From the NCBI RefSeq assembly GCF_006345805.1, contig NW_021833149.1, positions 1-29,212 on the forward strand: a DNA stretch of 29,212 nucleotides, read 5' to 3'. Under the pieces are notes generated by a model. The model made no database searches and was not told the DNA's origin. It saw only the letters and a list, made by a program, of their open reading frames with translations. Numbering within the stretch: position 1 is the stretch's first letter; each line of letters starts with the position of its first letter. Positions 10,390-20,775 of this stretch are shown one piece after another. Position numbers and translations under genes: made by a program. The DNA is from Octopus sinensis. Its lineage: Eukaryota.

Positions 10390-11015
10390 GGCGGCGAGCT
10401 AGCAGAATGGTTACCGCGCCGGGTGAGATGCTTAGTGGCATTTCCTCCGACCTTACGTTCTCAGTTCAAATTTGAGCGAGGTCGGCTTTTCCTTTTATTC
10501 TTTCGGAGGTGTAGGAGTGGTTGTGTGGTAAGTAGCTTGCTAACCAACCACATGGTTCCGGGTTCAGTCCCACTGCGTGGCATCTTGGGCAAGTGCCTTC
10601 TGCTATAGCCCCGGGCCGACCAATGCCTTGTGAGTGGATTTGGTAGACGGAAACTGAAAGAAGCCTGTCGTATATATGTATATATATATGTATGTGTGTG
10701 TATGTGTTTGTGTGTCTGTGTTTGTCCCACTAGCATTGCTTGACAACCGATGTTGGTGTGTTTACATCCCCGTCACTTAGCGATTCGGCAAAAGAGACCG
10801 ATAGAATAAGTACTGGGCTTACAAAGAATAAGTCCCGGGGTCGAGTTGCTCGACTAAAGGCGGTGCTCCAGCATGGCCGCAGTCAAATGACTGAAACAAG
10901 TAAAAGAGTAAAAGAGAGTCTATAAAATAAGTACCAGTTGAGCACTGATGTCGATGCAATCGGCTTCCTCCTTCCCCCGAAATTGCTGGCCTTGTGCTAA
11001 AATACGGAACCAATA
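10390..11015 (+). mobile_element. SINE family B copy split by a family A insertion
   Basis: The B head and body run 10390-10506 up to ...ttctttcgg, and the B sequence resumes at about 10918 (gtctataaaataagtaccagttgagcactg...ttgtgctaaaat). Confidence 0.85.
10507..10917 (+). mobile_element. SINE family A (tRNA head, CORE-like cttgggcaagtg motif), full length
   Basis: tRNA-like head aggtgtaggagtggttgtgtggtaag...ggttccgggttcagtccc, CORE-like catcttgggcaagtgcc, internal (TA/TG) tract, and tail gtaaaagagtaaaagag. Inverted copy at 18956-19365. Confidence 0.9.
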
Positions 11016-11159
11016 TGATCACTGGTTGGTTCTAATGTCGCTTTGGTGCAGTGGTTAGCAGAGCTCTACAGTTAACGACAGACTCTAAGTTCGAATCCCA
11101 CAGGTTATTGTACAGCTTTTCCCATCTTCTGTATCACATACGTATATATTCACACGTAT

Positions 11160-11352
<193 letters not shown>

Positions 11353-11400
11353 TATACTGAATCTTGGGTATATTTAATTTAGTAAGAGGTATATTTAATT

Positions 11401-11638
11401 GTGGAGGTGAGTAGCCTAGTGGTTAGTGTATTGCACTCATGAACGCTTGATCGTAGGTTCGATTCCTGAATTGAGCGGCACGTTGTGTCCTTCACACGTT
11501 GCTCCAGTCCACACAGCTGTAAATGAGTAACTCTGCGTCAGAATAGCTTTACGATCAGGAGGTGGGGAGGATGTTGGCCTGCTTGCCTAGTCAACAGGGT
11601 GGCGTTATTCGAAAGCTAAAACGATGCGAAGTGCATTG
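11401..11638 (+). mobile_element. CORE-like tRNA SINE, tail interrupted (resumes at about 12175-12219)
   Basis: A box TAGCCTAGTGG, B box GGTTCGATTCC, and CORE-like gtgtcctt...gctccagtccacacagctgtaaatgag. The tail breaks after gtgcattg. Confidence 0.8.
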
Positions 11639-11842
11639 CGCCTGCGTGTGTACAGATCATGAAGTACCTATGCGCGTAGGTACATACATAAATATATACA
11701 TAGATACACGATCTGTGTGTGTGTGTGTGGGTGTGCGTGCGTTTGCATGTGTGCGCGTGCGTGTGTGTGTACAGTGATGGATTCGAGGGTTTCGTTTATT
11801 TACGAGTTGATTTCTTAATTTCCCCGGAGTATAAATACTTAT

Positions 11843-12142
11843 GTGGAGGCACATGGCCTAGTGGTTAGAGTAGCGGACTCGCGGCCGAGGGTTCGTGGGT
11901 TCGAATCTCAGACCGGGCGATGTGTGTGTTTTTTTATGAGCGAAACACCTGAGCTCCACGCGGCTCCGGTAGAAAGTAATGGCGAACTTCTGCTGACTCT
12001 TTCGCCACAACTTTCTCTCACTCTTTCTTCATGCAGCTTACCTGCGACGGACCGGCGTCCCGTCCAGGTGGGGAACCTATACGCCAAGGAGGCCGGAAGA
12101 CCGGCCTTTATGAGCTAGGCATGGCTCGAGAAGGAACAAACA
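11843..12142 (+). mobile_element. tRNA-derived SINE (family T, tail type 2), full length with 12-bp target-site duplication
   Basis: A box TGGCCTAGTGG, B box GGTTCGAATC. ATAAATACTTAT occurs at 11831-11842 and 12143-12154, and a homologous empty site is at 13221-13232. Confidence 0.92.
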
Positions 12143-12825
12143 ATAAATACTTATAATGGTGATACTTAAAAAAGATCAGCGATTTATTACAACATCCAGT
12201 AGTCTGGTCGATCACGTGATGATGTGATATCCAATCAGTTGCCCCCTTTTTTTAAACATCACTACCTATCCTATGCGTGTCTTTCGCAGCAAACTCCGTT
12301 CTGTTCTTATCAGTGAAGCCGAAACTTGCTCCCGTCTGTTCATTAACAATGAAGACCCTGAAGTGGGGTCATGACGATGCTCTTTTCTCCTCTACTAAGT
12401 AAAGTAAATAAAAAAATATTCATCCCTTGACATTTATGTTGAGACAGGGTGTTGTCGATTCAATGTAAAAGTGTAGTGGTGGGGGGTAAGTAATGTTATA
12501 ATTATTTCTGGTCTGTGGTGATGGTCGTGGTCGTGGTGGTGGAGTGACATTGAGCTAAGATATTTACGACATTCATTTCACCATGACATTTGCACCTCAT
12601 ATTTCTAGCATTACGATATATATTTCATGGTAACATTCATTCATAGACTTCATAAATGTATTTAATATTTCAACAGTAAAATGCGACGAGCTGGCATAAC
12701 TCAGAACGTAAAGACAGACGAAATGCCGCTAAGCATTTAACCCGGGCGTACTAACGATTCTGCCAACCTGCCGCTTTGCAATAACAAATACACAACTGGC
12801 ATACAGTTGCAATATCTTTCTTTTT

Positions 12826-13152
12826 ATTTTTACCCTGCACGAGTGAACGAAAGCAGGGTATTGTAATAACTCGTCTTTGCCTGTTTGTCTGTGTTTTTGC
12901 AAATTTACTGGAAAACGGCTGAACGGATTTTTACCACATTTGGTAGAAATACTCATGGGGTGAGTGGCTCGAAATGATGAACAAAATTTTGAATCGAACT
13001 AACAAATTTCCCGATAAGCAAGTGGTCATATTATTTTGTTCACTTTCTTTTACATAGGAATCGACCCTCGCCTGCGTGTGTATCGACCATGGAGTACCTA
13101 TAACTATGCGCGTAGGTTCATACATACATAAATATATACATAGATATGCGAA

Positions 13153-13183
<31 letters not shown>

Positions 13184-13372
13184 CTGTACACAGTGATGGA
13201 TTCAAGGGTTTCACCGGGGTATAAATACTTATAACGGTGATACTTAAAAAAAGAAAGCTTAATGTAGTTGTATTAAAAACCATGGATAAGCAACGCATTG
13301 CAAGCGACATTATAGTTTGAGAAAAAAAAATATCTGCACGCAGGGTATGCATCGCCTTTTTTTCATTGTTTT
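12826..13372 (+). mobile_element. Non-autonomous Helentron-type element (DINE-1/HINE-like architecture)
   Basis: 5' T-run then TACCCTGC (12831-12838) with a nearby inverted GCAGGGTA (12853-12860) forming a hairpin. These are followed by ctgtttgtctgt, aaaacggctgaacggatttttaccacatttgg, an internal (TG)n, a second GCAGGGTA at 13340-13347 near the 3' end, and T-rich flanks. Confidence 0.65.
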
Positions 13373-13799
13373 TAAACAAAACTACTACATACTTACGGTA
13401 CATATTGCTCGACAACATACGCAACTAACACACAGGTACAACAGCACTTTCACAACACCAATTATCCAATAGTTACGACATATACACAATTAACCAAATT
13501 CACAACATACGGATGTCATAGAGTTTTGAACACTTTCAGTGTGCCAATTAGGGACTCCTTCATAGAGTAACTGCTGCATTTGTTGAGTATATGAACAGTT
13601 GGTTGCTTGTTTCTCTGGAGACTGTCAGAATATTGTAGATACCTCTGATGAGAAACCAATAAGGTTCGAAAATCGATAAAAGTTGTTCGTCAGTTTTTTC
13701 CATAATTTGCCCTGTTGATAATTATACCATATGTTACTACGACACGTATTTACACTACAATCCAACTGTCAGCATTAATTCTATAATTCTTTCTTTCAG

Positions 13800-13874
13800 T
13801 TCCAATCAGACGAGACAAACCCCGAAGTGATATCGATCCATCGATTGTGTATTCCAACAGGAAATCGAAACAGA
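13800..13874 (+). CDS. Probable 75-nt linker exon between the two VWA exons
   Basis: Acceptor ataattctttctttcag ends at 13799; donor A|GTAAGA at 13875. Length is 25 codons, phase 1-1, no stop. Splicing gives ...ETCK-VPIRRDKPRSDIDPSIVYSNRKSKQK-CGGKPAD..., in frame with both VWA exons. The sequence is not repeat-like. No transcript evidence is available. Confidence 0.55.
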
Positions 13875-13980
13875 GTAAGACCTTACATTTATACCCAGCA
13901 CCGCTGATGATCCCCACTCAACGAGAGCGCATTTAAAAAATCATTGTTTCATAACGACAAAAGCAGTTTTAATACCTTTA

Positions 13981-14224
13981 GGTAGTCTTGATCTCCAACT
14001 TAACGTGGAAGTTTTGTTAGAACACAAAACCCTGCGTTATTTACCTCGAGAGAAAATATCTCGTAGTGCATCGAAGCACGCGGAATTGTATCGAAATTAT
14101 TTCGTGTATAATTTCGAGTGCTTTTATGCGCCACGAGTCCTTTTCAGAGTTTCTCTCAAACAAAATAACGCAGAATTCTTTGTTCTAACACAGCCTCCAT
14201 GTTATGTTGGAGATCACGATTACG
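13981..14224. mobile_element. MITE with about 62-bp imperfect terminal inverted repeats
   Basis: 13981-14042 matches the reverse complement of 14163-14224 at 50 of 62 positions without gaps. A central perfect inverted repeat TCGAAATTA/TAATTTCGA lies at 14091-14117. TA on the left flank and TT on the right suggest a possibly decayed TA target duplication. Confidence 0.8.
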
Positions 14225-14545
14225 TTTCTTTTTATTGTGTTTATCTATGCGAATGCTTTATCTTCACATTTGTGTTAAAGCTTCACTTCCTACACTTGCT
14301 TTATTCCTTTGGTTTATTCGCTTTAGTTTGCTTTATATTTTTGCTTTGGTTCGTCAACTATTAGGACTGTATTTGTGTTGCCTTTAGCCGTCAACTCCTA
14401 GGGGAATCGTAGAGACGCCGACATGAAATACAATGTATCTAGGCTTGACGGGACCCATCCCTATCCAGGTCTGACCACAGTCGACTCCTTCCAGAGAAGC
14501 AGATCTAACAGACAAACTGGAAGTAAGAGACACACAGAGGTGAAT

Positions 14546-14865
14546 CGACTTTGCCTTTCATCCTCTCAGTATCTACGAAACAAAGAACCAGTCAAGTACT
14601 GGCGTCGATGGTTCCGACTGACCACCTCCCACTAAATTTTCTGGCCTTTGGCCAAAACTTGAAACGCCATTACGATGATTATAGAATCGCAGTCACGTCG
14701 TCCGTCGTTATGCTCTGAGTCCAGAAACCGCCGAGGTCGAGTTAGCCTTTCTTCTTTTCCGGGTTGATTAAATAAATGCCAGTTGAATACTAGGGTCGAT
14801 GTAATCAATTTACCCACGCCCTCACACGTAATTGCTGGGCTTGTGCCAAGATTTGAAATCATCAT
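14546..14865 (+). mobile_element. Two partial, diverged SINE family B copies
   Basis: tcgactttgcctttcatcct and ccgccgaggtcga...gtcgatgtaatc...gggcttgtgccaagatttgaaa. Confidence 0.7.
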
Positions 14866-14878
14866 TGTTAACATTTAC

Positions 14879-14935
14879 GTTATTACTTGAGCTGCTGTTA
14901 TTACTTGAGCTGCTGTTATTACTTGAGCTGCTGTT
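14879..14935. repeat. Perfect 18-bp tandem triplication GTTATTACTTGAGCTGCT
   Basis: Units at 14879, 14897 and 14915, followed by a partial GTT. Confidence 0.95.
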
Positions 14936-15085
14936 CCAAAGCTTAACCAAAGACTTCAAGTAACAGCAAGTTGGGCATTTTATTATGGATGTTATTTATG
15001 ATTAGCAATTATATATTGTACAGGAAGGAGAACAGAATCTGACAACTAAGATTCTGTTAACTTATCCTTGCTATTATTATTATTA

Positions 15086-15735
<650 letters not shown>

Positions 15736-15913
15736 TATTATTATTATTATTATTATTAAGCTAGTACATGCTAGATGTTATTGCTGACTATTTTCGTGCA
15801 ATCATTATAGTTTCAAACGGAATTCGTACTTATTTTTACGCAGTGTTATATTTTGTCTGCTTGTAGGCCATGAGTGTATATGTGTATGTATGTGCATATA
15901 TATACATACATGC

Positions 15914-15964
<51 letters not shown>

Positions 15965-16458
15965 CAGACGTACACAAAGGTGAAGAGGGGGAGATAACTT
16001 CCGTTGTTTAGCTAGTAACTCGACCGGTCGGTTGTCTGGTTTGTCGGTTCGTTGAAACGGTCGGCTGCTCTCATTTGCAGCTTCCTTTTCATATTTGCAG
16101 CAGAAAATAATCTTCATTTTTTTTTATTGTTGCTTTATTTTTTGTCTGTTTGTTTTGCATTGTTGCTTTTTTTTTTTTACTTTTCTGTTTTATTTTTTAT
16201 TTTTTATTTTCAGTTTCATTTTCTTCCTTTTTTTTGTTTGTTTGCTTTTAATCAGCAAATCTTAATTACAGCTAAAGAATGGCTTGGAGATAATTAACTA
16301 TAATGTAGCACAAATGAATGCCAAGACTGCAGCTTTCTGTGTTTTTGACTCTGTTTTCTTTAGCAATGAAATTATGCATAAACACGCCATTCATTACAAG
16401 AAATATGAAGGAGAATCGCAAAGACCTGCGTTTTGTAGACATGCTAATCATAATAATA

Positions 16459-16674
16459 ATGGTTTCAAGTTTTACCACAAGAGCAAAGATTTTGAGGGAA
16501 GGGGATGAGTCGATTACATCGACATCAATGCTCAACTGGTACTTAGTTTATCGAAACCGAAAGAATAAAAGGCAAAGTCGACCTCGGCGGAATTTGAACT
16601 CAGAGCGTAATGACGGACGAAATGCCGCTATGCATTTCGTCCAGCGTGATTAACTATTGTCAGCTCGCCGACTA

Positions 16675-16723
<49 letters not shown>

Positions 16724-16836
16724 GTTATAATAATAATAATAAAAATAATAATAATAATAATAGTTATAATAATAATAATAATAATAGTTATAATAATAAT
16801 AATAATAGTTATAATAGTTATAATAATAATAATAGT

Positions 16837-16867
<31 letters not shown>

Positions 16868-16878
16868 GTTATAATAGT

Positions 16879-16931
<53 letters not shown>

Positions 16932-17963
16932 TGATGATGATGATGATTTGAATTCTTTGCCAGAATGGCAACTTGGGGAAGGGGATTAAGTCGATTACGA
17001 TCACCCCAGTGCGTAGTTGGAACTTATCTAATTGACCCCGAAAGGATGAAAAGCAAAGTTGGCTTCGGCTAAATTTGAACTCAGAACGTAAAGACGGACG
17101 AAATGCTGCTAAGCATTTCGCCCGGCGTGCTAACGTTTCTGCCAGCTTGCCGCCTCAATAATAATAATAATCCTTTCTACTATAGACACAAGGACTCAAA
17201 TTTTGTGGGGAGGGGACTAGTCGATTAAATCGACCCCAGTATTTTACTGGTACTTAATGTATCGACCCCGAAAGGATGAAAGGCAAATTTGTACTCAGAA
17301 CGTAAAGACGGACGAAATGCTGCTAAGCATTTCGCCCGCGTGCTAACGTTTCTGCCAGCTTGCCGCCTCAATAATATAATATCCTTTCTACTATAGGCAC
17401 AGGACTCAAATTTTGTGGGGAGGGGACTAGTCGATTAATCGACCCCGTATTTTACTGGTACTTAATGTATCGACCCCGAAAGGATGAAAGGCAAATTTGT
17501 ACTCAGAACCTGATGAGTTGGAAAAAATAACGCTAAGCATTTTGTCCGGCATATTAACGATCCTGCCAGTTAGTCGTGTTATAATGGTCTCAAATTTATG
17601 TTCAAGTCCAACAAAAATTTTAAAGGAAGGGACTGATTGATTACATTGACCCTCAGTACTTGTTAATACTTTATTTTATCGACCTCAAAAGGATGAAAGC
17701 GAAAGCTGACCTCTGCTATACTGGAATTAAGAACATAAAGAGAAGGAAATATCATAAAACATTTTTTTCGACGCGCCAGCGATTCTGCATATAGACCATC
17801 CTTATAATAATAGTTTCAAATTTGGACACAAGGCCAGAAAGTTCTTGGGGTGGGGGAGGGGGGTTAAGTCGATTACATCGACTTCTGTAATCTGCTGGTA
17901 CTTATGTTATCGACTTTGAAAAGATGAAAGGCGAAGTCGACCTCGGCTGAATTTGAACTCAGA
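16459..17963 (-). mobile_element. Head-to-tail array of about six SINE family B copies separated by (AAT)n or AT-rich linkers
   Basis: The gtcgatt.catcgac / aaaggatgaaagg / aatttgaactcaga motifs recur at about 16510, 16990, 17220, 17430, 17640 and 17870. Confidence 0.85.
16675..16947. repeat. (AAT)n microsatellite with recurring AGTTAT variant units, ending in (GAT)n
   Basis: Read directly from the sequence; it produces the poly-Asn and poly-Ile ORFs. Confidence 0.95.
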
Positions 17964-18007
<44 letters not shown>

Positions 18008-18009
<2 letters not shown>

Positions 18010-18562
18010 GCCCTGATGCAGTCCCAGGCAGTGGCTCTCATGGCTTCTGATCTTAACTGATTGGAAGTGTTATCATGTACATTGTTTTGTCTTGGTATAA
18101 AAGATGGGCTTACAGCAAATTTCTGCTCAATACCACAGATTTGCTTGTCAGTTGTTTGACCTTACCAGTTGAGCATGTCCCTTAGTGGCTGACAATATGT
18201 GCATCTCTGATCACGAGCAGAAGTAGTGGGGGAGCATCATAGCCATGTGTTGAGAGGGATTCTTTGGGATTTGAATAGTTCACCTCTGGAAACATGGGTG
18301 GTTCTTTCAACATCCTTAAACAACCCTTATTCAGGAACCGTTTGAGCGGGATGGGCTACTCAACCTGAAGAAAATTCTAACTGGGCCCCACCTGCAAGGT
18401 CATGTGCTGTTTATCTTGATATGAGATCACCATGTCGCTCACATATGGTTGTGATGAATGTGCCTGGTGTACCTTTATCAGACGGGTAGTCATGATAGGT
18501 ATATTGGGCTTCGTATATTTTACCCCAGTGTCACTTTGATGGCATGAACTGCTCTCTCACTC

Positions 18563-18563
<1 letters not shown>
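18008..18563. mobile_element. About 555-bp interspersed element embedded in (AAT)n, copy 2 (inverted relative to copy 1)
   Basis: Flanked by (AAT)n at 17964-18007 and 18564-18610. Carries 12 nt (atgccctgatgc) that copy 1 lacks. Confidence 0.9.
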
Positions 18564-18610
<47 letters not shown>

Positions 18611-18955
18611 CTTTCTTTTATGGTGCCGTAAGAGTCCAAGACTTCATAAACAGTATTTAAATAAAATACGAAACAGTGGTTGGGATCCACAATGAGTAAA
18701 GTAAATGAAACAACAGCAACTGATAATGGAATGACAACAGGGGAAAGGGCCATGATATCGGGAGGGGCACCAAGGACCATTCTACATTCGTTCTACATGC
18801 GACAAACTTCACAAATCGGCATTAATCGGATACTCATGGAACGCATGCCGTACGGTCAGGTTAATCAGCATGCATCTCGGGTAGGCATGGCTGACGATAC
18901 TTGATATTAAACATAACGAAATACATGGTAGCATATATGTGTGTGTGTGTCTATA

Positions 18956-19365
18956 TACTCTTTACTCTTTTACTTGTTTCAGTCATTTGACTGCGGCCAT
19001 GCTGGAGCACCGCCTTTAATCGAGTAACTCGACCCCGGAACTTATTCTTTTTTGTAAGCCCAGTACTTATCCTATCGGTCTCTTTTGCCGAACCGCTAAT
19101 TAACGGGGACATAAGCACACCAGCATCGGTTGTCAAGCAATGCTAGGGGGACAAACACAGACACACAAACACACACACGCATTTATATATATACATATAT
19201 ACGACGGGCTTCTTTCAGTTTCCGTCTACCAAATCCACTCACAAGGCTTTGGTCGGCCCGAGGCTATAGTAGAAGACACTTGCCCAAGGTACCACGCAGT
19301 GGGACTGAACCCGGAACCATGTGGTTGGTTAGCAAGCTACTTACCACACAGCCACTCCTGCGCCT
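18956..19365 (-). mobile_element. SINE family A, full length
   Basis: Close reverse complement of 10507-10917. Confidence 0.9.
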
Positions 19366-19402
19366 ATATGTATGTTTATATTATATATATATATATTATA
19401 TA

Positions 19403-19448
<46 letters not shown>

Positions 19449-19450
19449 AT

Positions 19451-19498
<48 letters not shown>

Positions 19499-19602
19499 AC
19501 AACCAAGCCAAGGACCTATAATCCTTTAAGGGATGTTTGGAATATCTTTTGAATAAACTGATATTCTATACGTCAGTTTCTTATTTTCTTTTTTTTTCAT
19601 TC

Positions 19603-19650
<48 letters not shown>

Positions 19651-19744
19651 CTTCATATGGTGTCATACCTTCAGGCATTGACGACCACTGTCCCCACTTC
19701 CCCATTGTCGCAACCCAACCACACAACTAAGCACGTTACTGGGT

Positions 19745-19915
19745 CACTTTTTGTTGAAACCACCTGATAAGGCCATCGAGTATTTTCTCATCCTGCCTTC
19801 CCTCGTTTCTTCTTTACATTTTTCCAGAGAGTCACCAAGTGCACAAGGCTTTGTTTTCTTCTTCTCATATGGTCTCCAATGAACTCAGGCTATTGTCTCC
19901 TTCTGTTCTTCTAAA
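19745..19915 (-). mobile_element. Decayed 3' end of an RTE-clade LINE ORF
   Basis: Minus-strand translation with frameshifts gives FIGDHMRRRKQSLVHLVT..GK...RG..RQ..KILDGLIRWF. This resembles the RTE C-terminal pattern F.GH.MRR..LEHLVTTGK.EGKR.RGRQREK.LDGL..W, recognised from memory. Confidence 0.55.
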
Positions 19916-19962
19916 CAACACGCACCATAATTATCATCATCATCATTATTATTATTAAGTCT

Positions 19963-20155
19963 AAGAGCCGGCAGAACTGTTAGCACGCCGGACAAAATGT
20001 TTAGCGGTGTTTCTTCCGGCTCTTTACGTTCTGAGTTGAAATTGCCATTCATCCTTTCGGGTCGACAAAATAAGTTGAGTTCTGGGTCGATGTAATCGAC
20101 TTACCTCTCCGGCCAAAATTGCTGTTTTGTGCCAAAATTTTGAAATCAATATTAT
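19963..20155 (+). mobile_element. SINE family B, diverged
   Basis: gagccggcagaactgttagcacgccgg...ttcatcctttcgggtcgac...tgtgccaaaattttgaaatcaatatt. Confidence 0.8.
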
Positions 20156-20161
20156 CATTGA

Positions 20162-20365
20162 CCCTTCGAGCCCTGACCTCCTGAACCTTTGCCCCTTCCT
20201 GAGCAAAATAAGCTGAAAATTGGCTCAGTATCAATCACAGCATTCTGATTGGATAAAAATAAATTGTCGTACTTTAGTGCAGATGCTCTCCACCGGTAGA
20301 ACAGTGCTACGATATAGAGAAAAGTCAGCCATCCACCGGTAAACTGGCGTAACGAGCTCAAAGGG
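20162..20365. mobile_element. Possible piggyBac-type MITE
   Basis: ttga|CCCTTCGAGC ... GCTCAAAGGG|ttaa: 9 of 10 TIR positions match, with CCC/GGG ends, TTAA on the right flank and TTGA on the left. Confidence 0.55.
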
Positions 20366-20369
20366 TTAA

Positions 20370-20775
20370 GGTGGTGAGCTGGCAAAATCGTTAGCGTACC
20401 TGGCTTAGCGGCGTTTCGTCTGCCTATATGTTCTGAGTTCAAATTCTGACCTTTTATCCTTTCGGTTCGATTAAATAAGTACCAGTTGCGTACTGAGGTC
20501 GATGTCATCGACTTAGACTTACCTCCTCCCCCAACATTTCAGGCCTTTTACCAAACTTTGAACTCATCATAGCAAAAAGGCAGCGAGCTGGCAGAACCAT
20601 TAACATGCCGGACAAACTGCTTAGCGGCGTTTCTTGCGAGTTCAAATTTCCTTCGAGATCGACTTTACCTTTCATCTTTTTGGGGTCGATAAAACAAGTA
20701 CCAGTCAAAAACTGGAGTGGATGCGCTTGACTAGCCCCGCCCCTCCCCCAATATTTCAGGCTTTGTACGAATAGT
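20370..20775 (+). mobile_element. Two head-to-tail SINE family B copies
   Basis: ggtggtgagctggcaaaatcgttag at about 20369 and ggcagcgagctggcagaacc at about 20579, each followed by the family B body. Confidence 0.8.

Noticed and set aside
14005-14387. 119-aa and 62-aa ORFs
   Set aside because: They overlap the MITE and a T-rich tract, with no domain signal.
16052-16297. Phe/Leu-rich transmembrane-like ORF
   Set aside because: Translation of a T-rich low-complexity tract.
16657-17004. Poly-Asn and poly-Ile ORFs
   Set aside because: Translations of the (AAT)n microsatellite between SINE copies.
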